Shown in pieces: positions 22,498 to 33,744 of a DNA stretch of 38,650 nucleotides; position 1 is the first letter of the stretch; every line of letters begins with the position of its first letter. This stretch comes from Scenedesmus sp. PABB004. Taxonomy: Eukaryota. The notes below the pieces were generated by a model, which worked only from the letters and a program-made list of their open reading frames with translations, did not search any database and was not told the DNA's origin. The stretch spans positions 186,001-224,650 of the forward strand of contig JABVCE010000040.1 of the NCBI GenBank assembly GCA_014905635.1, read 5' to 3'. The position numbers were made by a program, and so were the translations under genes.

Positions 22498-23027
22498 GGG
22501 AGGGGCACCGCGGCGCGGGCGCGGGCCGGCGCGGCGGCGACCGGCGGCGCGGGCGGCGGCGGCGGCAACGCACGCGGCGGGGCGGGGCGCCTTGCGCGCG
22601 TGCGCGCGCGCGGGACGGGTGGGGACGGGCGCGGGGTGAGGTCCAGCGGGGCCGGAGCTGACTAATCCGGCTGAGCGCATGTCCAAACGTGAATCGCTGA
22701 ACCGCCGGCGACTGGGCTTTCGCAGGCCGCTGGGCTTTGCTTTGCTCTCGCAGGCGGGCCCTTGTTGTTGCCAGAACGACGACGACATGGGCTCAGCACG
22801 GGAGGCGCGCGCGCAACGTCCGCGCGCGGGGGCTGCACTGCGGCGACGGGCGACGGCGGGGCGATGGCCCGCCGCTGTGGCGTGGGGACGGGGGCGGCGA
22901 TCTTGGCGCGTTTATTCACCTTGTCTGCTATCGCTGAACGGCTGGCCTTGAGACGCGGGTGGGCTGATCATGGTGGGCTGAGCACGGCCGGGCGGCGGAG
23001 GCGGCGATCCCCTGTGACGCGCTCTCT

Positions 23028-26000
23028 TTACAGGCCCGCCGCCCCACCGCGCGACGGCAGCCGCCCGCTGCCTCCCGGCGGGCAGGCCAGGCGGCGCGCC
23101 GCAGCCGCCTGCGCGCCGCCCGCCGTCGTGTCGCCCCCTGTCCTGTCCTGTCTGTCCTGTCTGTCAAGTGCCGTCCTAAGGTCCCTGGCCGAGCCGTCCT
23201 GTACGCCGCCGCCGCCGCCGCCAATGTGCCGCTCCACGCGCTGCAACGCCGCGCCCGCGGTGCGCCGCGGCCGCGCGCCTGGGCGGGCCTGCCGCCGCGG
23301 CAACGTCCGCCCAGCGCTGCGCCCAGAGCCGCACACACGCACCGACACACGCCCGCCGGGCTGCCGCGGCGGCTGCGCCTGCGGCAGCGTTGACCACCCG
23401 TCCGCGACCCCCGCCGAGCCGTCCAGCCTGCCCCGCCTGCCACTAGCCCCCCGCCCTGCCCCCGCCCCAGCGGCCTCCTCCCGCTCACTTCCAGCGCGAC
23501 CCGCCTCGGCTGGTGGTGGCGCCGCGGGCGGTGGTGGAACCGGACGCGGCCGGCGGGGCGCGGCGCTCGCGCGGCCGCCGCCAAACACGCCGCCCTGGCG
23601 CGCGGTCAGCGCCGCCGAGGGCAGGGGCACCTCAGAGGCGCGGCTCCTGATCACGCCGCCCAAGCGCGCCGTCTGCGGCACGCCACTGCTGCTGGAGGAC
23701 CTGCGGCGGGCAGCGGCGCGGGGCACGGGGCGTGGGGGAGGCGCGCGGCGCGGCGGGCGCTGCGGCGGCGCGCCGCCGCGCGCGGCCGCCACCCCCTCCC
23801 GGACGCCCCTCCCTCTCACCTGCTGGCGGGCAGCGACGCCCGCGGCGGCGCGGCGGGGCTGCCGCCGCTCGCCGCCTCGCCGCCGCGCTCGCGCGCGGTG
23901 AGGCGGCTCGCCTCCGCCTTGAGGGCGCTGCCGCCCTCGCCGCGCAGGCCGATTGCCGCGCCCGCCGCGCTGCTGCTGCTGCTGCTCACGCCGGGGCGGT
24001 ACGTCCCAAACTGCCGCGCCGAGGCGAGGCGCTCAAGGTGCTTCATGCTCGACACAGACTCCCGCGGCGGCAGCCCCGCGCCGCTGAGCTTGCGCCCGCT
24101 GCGCGGCGTCGCGCGCGGCGTGGGCTCGACGCTGCCCTGCGGCTCAAACGGTGAGAGCGCGCCCGGCTCGCCGGCGTGCGAGCGCGCCGACTGCGCGGCG
24201 GGCGGGCGCGGAGCGGCGTGAGCGCGCGCGCGCGGCGCGCGCGCCAGCACGAGCGGGCGGCGCGGCGCCCGCCCGGCGCGCGGGAGCGAGCAGCGCTGCC
24301 TCACCGCCAGGCCGCACTCGTCCTGGTCCCGCGGCGGCGTGCGGTCGATGCGCGCGCTGCGCGGCGGCAGCCGCGCGCTGGGCGGCGCGGGGCTGTCGCC
24401 CGCGCCGCCCGGCTCGTCCGCGGCGGCGCGCCGGCGCTGGCGCCGCGGCTCGCGCCGCCGGCGGCGCGCGCGCCCGCGTCGGCCGCCGCCTGCGCCGCCA
24501 GCATCTGCTGGATGGGCAGCTGCAGCTTCTCGCGCGCCACCGGTGCGGGCGCGGGCGCCGGCGCAGGCGCCGCGCCGCTCGTGCCGGCGCCCGCCGCCGC
24601 GGCGCGCGCCTCGGCGCCCGCCGCCGCGGCGCGCGCCTCGGCGAGCGCCGCGCGCAGCGCGTCGGCCTCTGCCGCCTCGCGCGCGCGCGCTGCCTCGGAC
24701 GCGGCGAGCGCGGCCGTCAGGCTCGCGATCGTGCCGTCCTTGCACTCGGCGGTGCGCTGCGCGCGCAGCGCCTCCTCGTGCGCCTCAAACACCTTGCCGC
24801 TGACCACGTTCTTCTTGGCCTGCGGCGCGAGAGGCAGCAGCGGGCGCGTGAGCGTGCGCGGGCGCGTGCGGGCGGGCAGCAGGCGCGTGCGCGTGCGTGG
24901 GCAGGCACACGAGGCGCCCAGCGGCCGCTGCGCCGTTGTCCCACCTGGCCGAGCGTGATCTCGCTCACGCGCGCCGCAAACTTGAGCGTGCTCACGCTCT
25001 CGCCGTGCTGGTTGGCCTCGGGGCTGATGTGCATGAACATCATCACCTGGCGGGGCGCGGCGCGCGGCGCGGGGCGCGGCGCGGGGCGCGCGGCCGGCGC
25101 GGGCGTTTTGTGGGTTCCGTGTGAGAGGTTCAAGGAGGCTGAGCCCTGGGGTTTGGCCAAATCGCGCCTGCACCTTGGCCTGGCCCTGCAGGCTGTCCTG
25201 CAGGAGCTGCGTGAGCTTGGAGTTGCGGTACGGCACGTGGCGGTCCTTCGCCGCGAGCGCCGCCATCACGTCCCCTAACGCGCTCAGCGAGCGGTTGATG
25301 TGCTGCGCCTCGGTCAGCCGGTCGCCTGCGCGCGGCGCGCGCCGCGCGCAGCGGCGTGGGCCTGCCGCCGGGCCGAGCCCCGCCGGCGGGCGTAGCCCTG
25401 CCCGCCGCCCCGTGCGCGGGCGCCCGCGGCCGCCGGCCGCGCACCCGACGCCTCGCTCTTGGAGACGCGCTCGCTGCCGGCGAGGTCGATGAGGTGAAGG
25501 CAGCCGTGGCTGCGCGCGCCCGTGGCGGCGTGGTGCCCGTCGACGACGACGGTGAGGATCTGGTGGCTGCGGCTGCTGCGGTCGTTCATGCGCGTCTCGC
25601 TCGTCGCGCGCTGCGCGCCGCCGCGCGCCATCAGCGACGCGACGTCGCGCGCGCTCGACACCTCGACCTGCGCGCGGCGGCGGCGGCGCGGCGCGCGCGC
25701 CGTCGCCCGCGCCCTGCTCCCTCCGCCCCGCTCTCCCCGCCCGCGCGCTCCGCCCTGGTCCGCGCGGCGACGCGGCAGCCACGCGCGAGAGAAGCCCCCC
25801 GCCGCGCACGCACCTGCGTCGCGCCGGGCACGTTGCAGCCGCTCGCCTGCGTCGCGAGGATGTCGAGCCGCTGCCCCGCCGCGCCGCCGCCGAGCAGGTC
25901 GCGCAGGGCCTCGTTGTAGATCTCCAGCATCTGCACGCGGAAGGTGTACGTGTACTGCGCGGCAGGCGCGGCAGGGGCGGCGCCCAGGGCAGGCGTGGTG

Positions 26001-28775
26001 CGAGGCGGGGGCGTGGGCGCGAGCGTGGGCGCGGGTTCTCGCGCGCGCGCGCCGCCGCCGCGGCGCGCCACAGCAGTCCGCCGGCGCGCGCGCCCGGCCC
26101 CGCACCTCGCCGGCGCGCGCGTCGCGCAGGCCAAAGAGGTCGTCCAGGGCGCGGTAGTTGATGCCGCGGCCCTCGGGCGCGCCCGGGCACGTGCCGCTCA
26201 TCGTGTGCGTCTTGCCGCTCCCGGTCTGGCCGTACGCGAATATGCACACGTTGTAGCCTGCGCGAGTCGGCGGCGCGCCCGGGCGTGGACGGCACGCGCG
26301 GGGGCTGTGCGCGTGCGGCGCGGCGCGCGCGCCGCGCCGTCGCCGCGCCGCACCGTCGAGCACGGAGCGGATGAGCGGCTGCGTGTCGGCGTAGACGCTG
26401 GCCTGGTCCATGCGCTGGTCAAACACGCGGTCAACCTGGCCGGCCGCGCACGGCCGGTTTGACTCGAGGTTCGGCCGGCGGCGGCGGTGGCGGGCGCAGC
26501 GTGCGGCGCAGCGTGCGGCGCAGCGTGCGGCGCGGCGCGCGCCCACCTTGAACAGGCGCCGGCTGCTGTGCTGCTGCTGCGCGTCGTAGATCGCGAGCTC
26601 GCCCTCCAGCCCGACGTCGATGCAGCAGGGACTCAGGTCGCCCGTCGCGCCGGCGGGCCGGATCCTGCGCCGCCGCCGCCGCCGCGGCGCCGGGGTCGGC
26701 GCGCGGCGCGCGCGCCGCCGCGCGCGCGGCCGCGGCCCGACGGCGCGGCCCAACGGCGCGACCCAGCTCCCCCCCCCCCCCCCGCGCCGCACCTGCAGAA
26801 CACGCGGATGTTGCCGCGCAGGTCCTGCACCGTGTTGTACAGCGCCCTGTTCTCCTCCACCAGCGCGCGGTAGCGCTCCGCCATGCCCTGCAGCTCCTCC
26901 ACCTCGCCGCGCAGCCGCGCGCACTCGCCCTGCAGCCGCAGCAGCTGCTCCCCGCGCGCCGCGTCGGCGCCGTCGAGGCTCGCGCGCGCTTCGGCGAGCT
27001 CGGCCTCGCGCTGCGCGAGCGCGGCGCGCGCCTCGGCCAGCTCCGCCTCCAGCCGCGCCACCTGCGCCTGCGCCGCGTCGGCGGCGGCCTGCGCCGCAGC
27101 GGCGCCGCGCGCGCGTCGGCGTCCTCCTGCAGCGCCGCCACCTCCTTCTGCGGTGGCGGCGGCAGCGGCGGCGGCGGCGCGGCGGGCCGCTCAGCACGAC
27201 AGCAACGCCCCACGCGGCGCGCCGCCCCGGTCGACCGACCGCCCCCACGCCGCGCGCGCGCCTGCAGGCGCTCCGCCTCGCGCTCGGCGCGCGCGCGCGC
27301 GTCGGCGACGCGCGAGAGGTCGTGGTCCTTTGCGAGCAGGCGCTTCTCGTACTCCTCCGTCAGGTGCCCCAGCACGCCCTCGAGCACCGGGCCGAGCGCC
27401 TTCATCGCGCTGTCCGGCCCCGCGCCCGCGGGGCTGAACCGCCCGCCGCCGCCGCCGCCGGCGCCGGGGCCGTCGGTCGGGAACATGCGGTCCTTGAGCA
27501 TGTTGGTGCACTGCTGCATGAGCTTCGTCACGCCTGCCGCCGCCGCGACCGACTTGTGCGTCGCGGCGGCGAGGCTCGCGCCGTACGCGCCGCCGCCGCC
27601 GCCGACACGCTCGACCGCAGCGACACGAGCGCGCCGGGGCTGCCGGCGCCGCCGCCGCCGCCGAGGTGGCCGTGCGACGCCATGAGCGGGCTGTGGTGGT
27701 GCGCGGCGGCGAGGCCGGCGTAGCCAAACTGCGGCGTGCCGAGCCCGCCGCCGCCGCCGCCCGCGCCGTACGACAGCCGCGGCGGCGGCGTGACGCCCGC
27801 CGAGTGCGCGTGCGGCGTGGCGTAGCCAAACTGCTGCGACGCGCGGCTGCCCGGGCCGCCGCCTGCGCTGCCGGGGCCGCCGAGGGCGCCAAAGCCGCCG
27901 CCGCCGCCGCGCTGCGCGGTGGGCGGCGTCATCGGCGCGGCCTCGAGCGACCCCGCGTGCGCGAGCAGCGGCGGCGCGGGCGGCCCGAGCGCGGCGTCGC
28001 GCACGGCAAGCACGCACGCCGCGACCGCGGGGCGCTCGCCGTCGCCGTGCCCCGCGAGCAGGTCGTCGGGCGCGAAGCCGCAGCCCTGCGGCAGCCCGCC
28101 GAGCTGCGCCTCGACGGCAGAGAGGAAGGCCGACACGTTGTGCGCGCGCTGCTGCGCCAGGCCCGCCTCGCTCGCCTCCACGTCGCCGGCCTCGAGGTAC
28201 TGCGGCGGCGCGCGGCGGCGTGCTCCGGGCCCGCCGACGGCAGGGCGGCCGCCGCGCGGCCGCGAATGCGCGCCCGCGCCGCGCCGCGCCGCGGCCGCGG
28301 CCGCGGCCGCACCTGCGCGACCGCGCCGCCCCAGACCGTGGACGCCATGCGGCAGAGCAGCACGCCGTCGCGCAGCGCGGCGCGAAAGTCGGCGTCGCTG
28401 GCAAAGGGCACGAGCATGCCCGTGGTGGACCGCAGGAACTCGCTGGCCGCGCGCCGCGCCGCGGCGGGGCTCAGCGCGCCGCGCGGCGCGCACGCGTCTG
28501 GCGCCGGCGCGGCGCAGCCCCAGCCCGGCGAGCCCTGCGCGGCGCGGCGTCGCGCGGCATCGGCCCGGGTGGGGGCGGCGCGGCGGCCGCCGCAGCGGGC
28601 GCGGTCAACCGCCGGGCGCGTCCCCGGCGGCGGCAGCGCGCGTGCGCGCGCGGCGGGCGCGCACGTGGTGGTGGCTGCCGGGGCTCGCGCACAGCGGGCT
28701 CAGCCCGCCGTCGGGGTCGGGCAGGCCCCCGTAGCGCTCCTCGCCGGCGCGCTCCTCGTGCAGGGCCATGGGCAT
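23028..28775 (-). CDS. Kinesin-14 with an N-terminal calponin-homology domain (KCH-like); 2-3 apparent -1 frameshifts outside the motor
   Basis: Inferred exons (minus): 28775-28665, 28534-28313, 28199-27262, 27147-26793, 26664-26547, 26435-26354, 26257-26106, 25954-25814, 25667-25445, 25325-25174, 25046-24945, 24819-24305, 24190-23820, 23700-23028. Kinesin-14 neck [25 protein letters not shown]-loop [57 protein letters not shown] domain: [44 protein letters not shown]. Confidence 0.92.
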
Positions 28776-29530
28776 GCCGGCGGCGCTGCGGTTGCTCAGG
28801 CGGCGGCGCGAGCGGCCATCACTCCCGCTCGCTCAGGGGCGCTGCCGCGGCGCTGGCGATGCACGGAGCGGCCGCGGTGGGCTGCTCGGCGCTGCGGGGC
28901 GCGGGGAGCTGGGGGGAGGCCGGGCCAGGGAGGGGCTGCTGGGGATGCTCCCCGTTGGTGCGCGGACGCGGGGTGCGGGCGGCGCGGCCCGGCTGGCGCT
29001 GGTGATCCGCAAGCTGTGGCGTCGGGCGCGCGGACAGGACCAGGGCGGGCGGCAGCGGGGCGCTGGCCGGCCGACTGCGCGGGCGCGGCAGCGCGTGCTG
29101 CCGGGGCGCGGGGGCTGCCGAGGGCCGCCGAGTGGGGTGAGTGGGGCTCTGGACGCGCGCGCGGGGGCAGCTGTCGCGGCAAACTCGAAACTCCCGGCGG
29201 GAAGACCTGGAGGCGCTGGCTGGTCCAGTGCTCTCTGCGCTTGGCTCTCACCACCGCCCGCCTCCCACTCAAGGCTCCTGCGCTCACTCGCTCACAGCCC
29301 AGCAGCCCAGGCTCCTGGTCGGCAGCTGCCCCCGCTCGACTGCGCAGCAGCAGGCCCCGCCCCGCTCGGCAGCCGGCCGTCGGCCCCGCGCCCACCGATC
29401 GCTGTCCGCAGCGTCGCCGCCGCCGGCGCAGCAGGCAGCGGGGCCGCAGGACGCGCCGCGCGCCGACACAGATCAGCGCGCGCCAACCACCGCGCCGCGC
29501 GCCGCTCGGGGGGCCGCCGGCGCAGCAGCC
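28776..29530. promoter_or_regulatory. Divergent intergenic region (probable bidirectional promoter) kinesin-14/DAD1
   Basis: 755 nt separate head-to-head start codons; there is a less GC-rich core at ~29180-29300. Confidence 0.45.
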
Positions 29531-30295
29531 ATGGCGGCCGTGGGCGAGCTGGTGAGCACGTTCATCTCGGAGTACAAGAAGACGCCGGCCAAGCTCAAGG
29601 CGCGCGCGGGGGCGCGCGCCGGCGACCGGCGCGCGGCAGCGGCAGCAGCGGCGCTGCGGCGGCGGGCGGCCGCGCGCGCCCTGCGCGGCGCGCGAGCGAA
29701 CCGCGCCCGCCGCCCGGCTGGCCGCCGCCGCCGCCGCAGATCATCGACGCCTTCCTGGTGTACGCGCTCGCGACGGCGGCGGTGCAGGTGCGCGCGCCGC
29801 GGCGCGGCGCGGCGCGCCCCACCGACCGCCGCCCGCCGGCCCCGACGCCAACGCCGCTGCCGCGCCCCGCCGCCGCCGCCGCCGCCGCCGCGCCCCAACA
29901 ACACACAACGCCCAGTTTGTGTACATGCTGCTGGTGGGGACGTTCCCCTTCAACTCCTTCCTCGCCGGCCTGCTCTGCTCCCTCGCCTTCTTCTCGCTCA
30001 CAGGTGCGCCGCACCCGCGGCAGCGGTCGCCGCCGCGATCGCCGCCAGCGCGGTGCTGCCGCAGCGACCGCCGCCGCCCGGCCGCGGCGGCGGCGGCAGC
30101 GGATCGCCGCCGCGCCGCGCCTCACGCCGCCCGCCCCGCCGCGCCGCGCCCCGCCGCGCGCGCGCAGCGTCGCTGCGCATGCAGAGCGACCCTGCGGTGA
30201 AGGACTTTGAGGGCCTGTCCCCGGAGCGCGCGTACGCCGACTACGTGCTCGCCTGCAGCGTGCTCTTCCTCGCCGCGTGGAACTACATCGGCTGA
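29531..30295 (+). CDS. DAD1: Oligosaccharyltransferase subunit DAD1/OST2
   Basis: Exons: 29531-29599, 29740-29787, 29916-30003, 30168-30295 (first intron GC-AG). The product [59 protein letters not shown]..WNYIG is the DAD family signature. Confidence 0.96.
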   Translation: [254 protein letters not shown]

Positions 30296-30444
30296 GGCGG
30301 CCGCTGCCGCCGGCCGGGGCGCAGCGCGGGCCGGCCGGCGGCGCAGCGGCGGCGGCAGGGCAGGGCACAAGGAAGCGGAGCAGCGGCGGGCGGGCGGGAG
30401 CGGCGGGGGGCTCGGCTCGGGGCGGGCTGCACGTGGTGATGATT

Positions 30445-30449
30445 TTACA
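30445..30449 (-). terminator. Putative chlorophyte polyadenylation signal TGTAA for NDUFS4
   Basis: TGTAA on the minus strand ~143 nt downstream of the NDUFS4 stop, in an AT-richer patch. UGUAA is the established green-algal near-upstream poly(A) element. Confidence 0.6.
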
Positions 30450-30591
30450 GACGACCGCCCGCCCGGCCCGCCGCGCGTCTCCTAAATACTACAGCACGGC
30501 CGCGCGGGCCCGTCGCGCGGCCGCACCAGCTAGCTCCATCGCCCGCCCGCCCGCCGCCCCACCTCCCCTACGCCCGCCGCCGCCGCGCCCG

Positions 30592-31796
30592 CTACTGCTT
30601 GCCGCCGCGGTTGGAGGGCAGCGTGGAGAGGTCGGGCACGCCGGCGCGCTTGACGCTGCGCGGGCGGAGGAGGCGCGGCGGGGCGGCGCGCGTCGGCCGG
30701 GGTGGCGACGCCGCGCCGCGGCAACATCGTGCAGGCGCCGCTGCCCATCAAACACCGCGTGCAGGTGCCGCTGCCGCACCTGAAGTTGTCGCCGTAGCCC
30801 GCGAAACGCTTCTGCCGCGTGTTGCGGCGCGGCTGCGGCTCCACCACGGTCGCCTCCCAGCCGTGCTTGCGGCAGAACGCGAGCGCCTCCTCCTGCGCGG
30901 CGCGGCGCGGCGCGGCGCGGCGCGGCGCGGCGCTGCTCAGCCGCTGCCCGCCGGCCGCGCGCGCCGCACGGCGCCAGCCGGGCCCTGGCGCTGCCGCTGC
31001 CGCTGCCGCCGCCGGCGCTACCGCGTGCGCCGCCGCACCTTGGTATAAAACTGCAGGCTCGCGCGCGCAACGTTCTCCAGCGGGTCGGCGGTGGAGGTCC
31101 AGCCCATCAGGGGGTTGATCCACCTTGGGCGCAGGGCGGGAGGGAGGCGGGGCGAGCAGGGCCCCGCGAGGTTCAGGATGCTGCAGCAGCGCGGCGCCCG
31201 CTGCGCGCTGCGGCGGCGCGGCGCTGCGGACGGAGTGCGCGCGCGCGCGGCGCGCGACGCACTTTTCCTGCGTCTCAAACGCGATGCGCCACGAGCGCCC
31301 GCGCCCGCCGAAAGAGGTGTTGCCGAGGCCCTGCTGCCCCGCGGTGCGCGCGGGCGAGAAGACGCGCGCCTGCGCGCGCGCGCCGGGCGGCGCGGCGCGC
31401 GGGCGTCGGGAGGCGGCGGCGGCGGCCGCGGCGGCGGCGCTGTCGCGCGGCGCCTGCTGTGCGCCGCGCCACGCTCTCCCTCTCCTCCGCCGCCGCTCCC
31501 CGACCGCCACCGCCGCGCTGCTGTCCCTCCGCCGCGCCGCTGCTCGCCGTGCGCCGCTGCTGCTTCAGCCGCACCTTGCGCTTGAACGTCTCAAGCGGCA
31601 CGCCCGCGCACATGCCAATCTCCTTGGCCGGCGTGTCCGTGTGGGCGGCCAGGTCCTGCACGCCCGTGTAGACGAGCGAGTAGTCGTCGGCCTGCTTCGC
31701 CGGCGCCGCCGACGTCGACAGCGCCGCGGCCGCAGCGGCGCCGCTGCTGCCCAGGCAGCCCGGCGCCGCCAGCTGGCGCGCGGCGAGGCGCAGCAT
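30592..31796 (-). CDS. NDUFS4: Mitochondrial complex I subunit NDUFS4 (18 kDa/AQDQ family)
   Basis: Exons (minus): 31796-31575, 31369-31263, 31123-31039, 30892-30780, 30655-30592. Mitochondrial-targeting-like MLRLAARQL. Motifs [63 protein letters not shown]. Confidence 0.95.
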
Positions 31797-32324
31797 GGCG
31801 GCTAGGTCACTGGAAGGCCGGGGCGCGCGCGGGGGCGCCGCTGGGTCCCGCGCGGCGTCGGCAGGGGGTCCGCTGCGATCGGGTGCGGGCGCGCCGCGCG
31901 CCGGGCGTGGGATTGCAGCTGCCGGCGCCGTGACTGGGGCGGGCGGAGCGCGGAGCGCCGTCGGGAGGGAGCCACGCGCGAACCGAGGCGCCGCGAGACA
32001 GCACGGGGCAGAAACCTCCCCCTCTGAAGCACCTGCTCTGGACATAGCCTCACCGCTCGCCGACGCCGCACCCTGGGCTCCGCCGCCGCGTCGCCACGCA
32101 GCCGCCTGCCGCCGCCACGCCGCCGCCGCTGCCAGCAGCGCCGCGCCGGGCGCGCAGCCCGCCGGCGCCCGCCAGGCCCCCAGATCGCGCCCAGGGCCGC
32201 GCCGGGCGCCACGCCCGCCGGGGCAGCGCGCACGCGGCGCGCCGACGCAGCGCGGCGCCGCGGCGCGGCGGCGCCCGCCGTTTGAGCAGCGGCGGCGCGG
32301 CGCGCGCCCGCGCGGGCCGGCGCC
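31797..32324. promoter_or_regulatory. Divergent intergenic region (probable bidirectional promoter) NDUFS4/VPS55
   Basis: 528 nt separate head-to-head start codons; there is an AT-richer core at ~32005-32050. Confidence 0.5.
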
Positions 32325-33369
32325 ATGGCCATCCACGACTCCCGAGGTGCGCGGGGGCCCGGGGCCGCGCCCACGGGGCCTGGCCGGGCACGCATGCGCG
32401 CGCCGGCGCCGGCGCCCGCTGCTCACCGCCGTGCCGCCGCCGGCGCCCGCCCGCAGTGTGAGCCACCGCGCGGCCACGCGCGCCGCAGCCGCCGCGCGCG
32501 CCCCACGGGGCGCGACCGCCCGCGCGCGCGCGCGCGCCGCGCCGTCCGCGCCGCACCGCCCGCACCTGCACGCGCCGCCCGCGCCGCCCGCGGCTGCCCG
32601 CGCTGCTGCTCGCAGGATCCTGGTGCTCGCCCTCATGTTCTCCACGGGCGTGCTGCTGCAGATCCTGGTGCGCGTGCCCCCGCGCTCGCAGCAGGGCTGC
32701 CGCCGCGTCTCGCTGCCGTCGCCCGCCCCGACCGCCGCCCCGACCGCCGCCGCGCCCGCGCGTCCGCGCCGCGCCGCCGCGCGCGCGCGCAGGGCTGCGT
32801 GCTGTGGCGCAACTGGTGGCCCATGCTCACGGGGCTCATGTACGTCCTCGTGCCCATGCCCTACCTCTTCTTCGGCTCCGCCGGCGACGCGTACGGCGCG
32901 CTCGCGAGCGGGTGCGGCGCGGCGCGCCGCGCGCGGGGCGCCCGGCCCTGCGCACGCCCGGCCGCAGCGCGCCAGGCCCGCGCCGCCGCACTCAACCCCC
33001 CTGAACCCTGCGCCCGGGGCGCAGGTGGGTCGACGCCGGCAAGTTCCTCACCGGCTTCAGCGCGGTCGGGTCGATCGCCATCCCCGCCATCCTCGCGCAC
33101 GCGCAGGTGCGCGGCGCGCCCGCGCCGCTGCGACGCCGCGCCGCAGGCGGCCCGGGCGCCGCCCCGCACGCGCGTGTCCCGACCCCCGCCCCACCCGCCC
33201 GCCCGCCCGCCTGGCCGCCCCGCCCCGCCCCGCCACCGCGCCGCGGCGACCCCGCCAGGTCATCACCGGCGGTGCACTGATCATGGAGCTCGCGGCCGCG
33301 GGCGTGCTCGGCGCAACGGTGCTGACCTATGACTACTTCTCCACGCGCGACTCGCTCGCCTACTTCTGA
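32325..33369 (+). CDS. VPS55: Vacuolar protein sorting 55 (VPS55 / LEPROT-OB-RGRP family)
   Basis: Exons: 32325-32346, 32457 (1 nt), 32616-32667, 32793-32911, 33025-33106, 33259-33369. Product MAIHDSRVILVLALMFSTGVLLQILGCVLWRNWWPMLTGLMYVLVPMPYLFFG..WVDAGKFLTGFSAVGSIAIPAILAHAQVITGGA matches the Vps55 family. Confidence 0.93.
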
Positions 33370-33744
33370 GACGGGCACCGGCGGGCGCGCTGTTGGGTTT
33401 GGAGAGCGCGCCGCGCGGCGGCGACTGCGCGGCGCAGCCGCCCGCGCAGCGCGGCGCGGCGCGGGGCGGCGCGCCACGCCGTGCAACTCTCGCGCGGCTG
33501 CCGTCCGAGGAGCAGAGCGACACGCCACGGCGGACAGCCCGCAGCACAACGCGCGGCGCGGCGAGTCGGCCGCTGAGCCCTGCCAGCTCGCGCGTCGCCG
33601 CCGCTGCCGCCGCTGCCCTGGCCGCCGGCGCGCCGCCGCGCCGCCGCACTCCCGCGCCGCCCGCCCCGCGCCCCCGGAGCCGACGAGGGCCCCGTCCGGC
33701 CGCACCAGGCCGCGATCGCGCGCGAGCGCAGGCCGGCGCACACC

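Noticed and set aside
8424..27604. Programmed ribosomal frameshifting or insertional RNA editing as a novel system
   Set aside because: The sites share no slippery heptamer or common structure, and all are single-base shortfalls in G/C-rich runs, typical of sequencing error. Kept only as a testable alternative.
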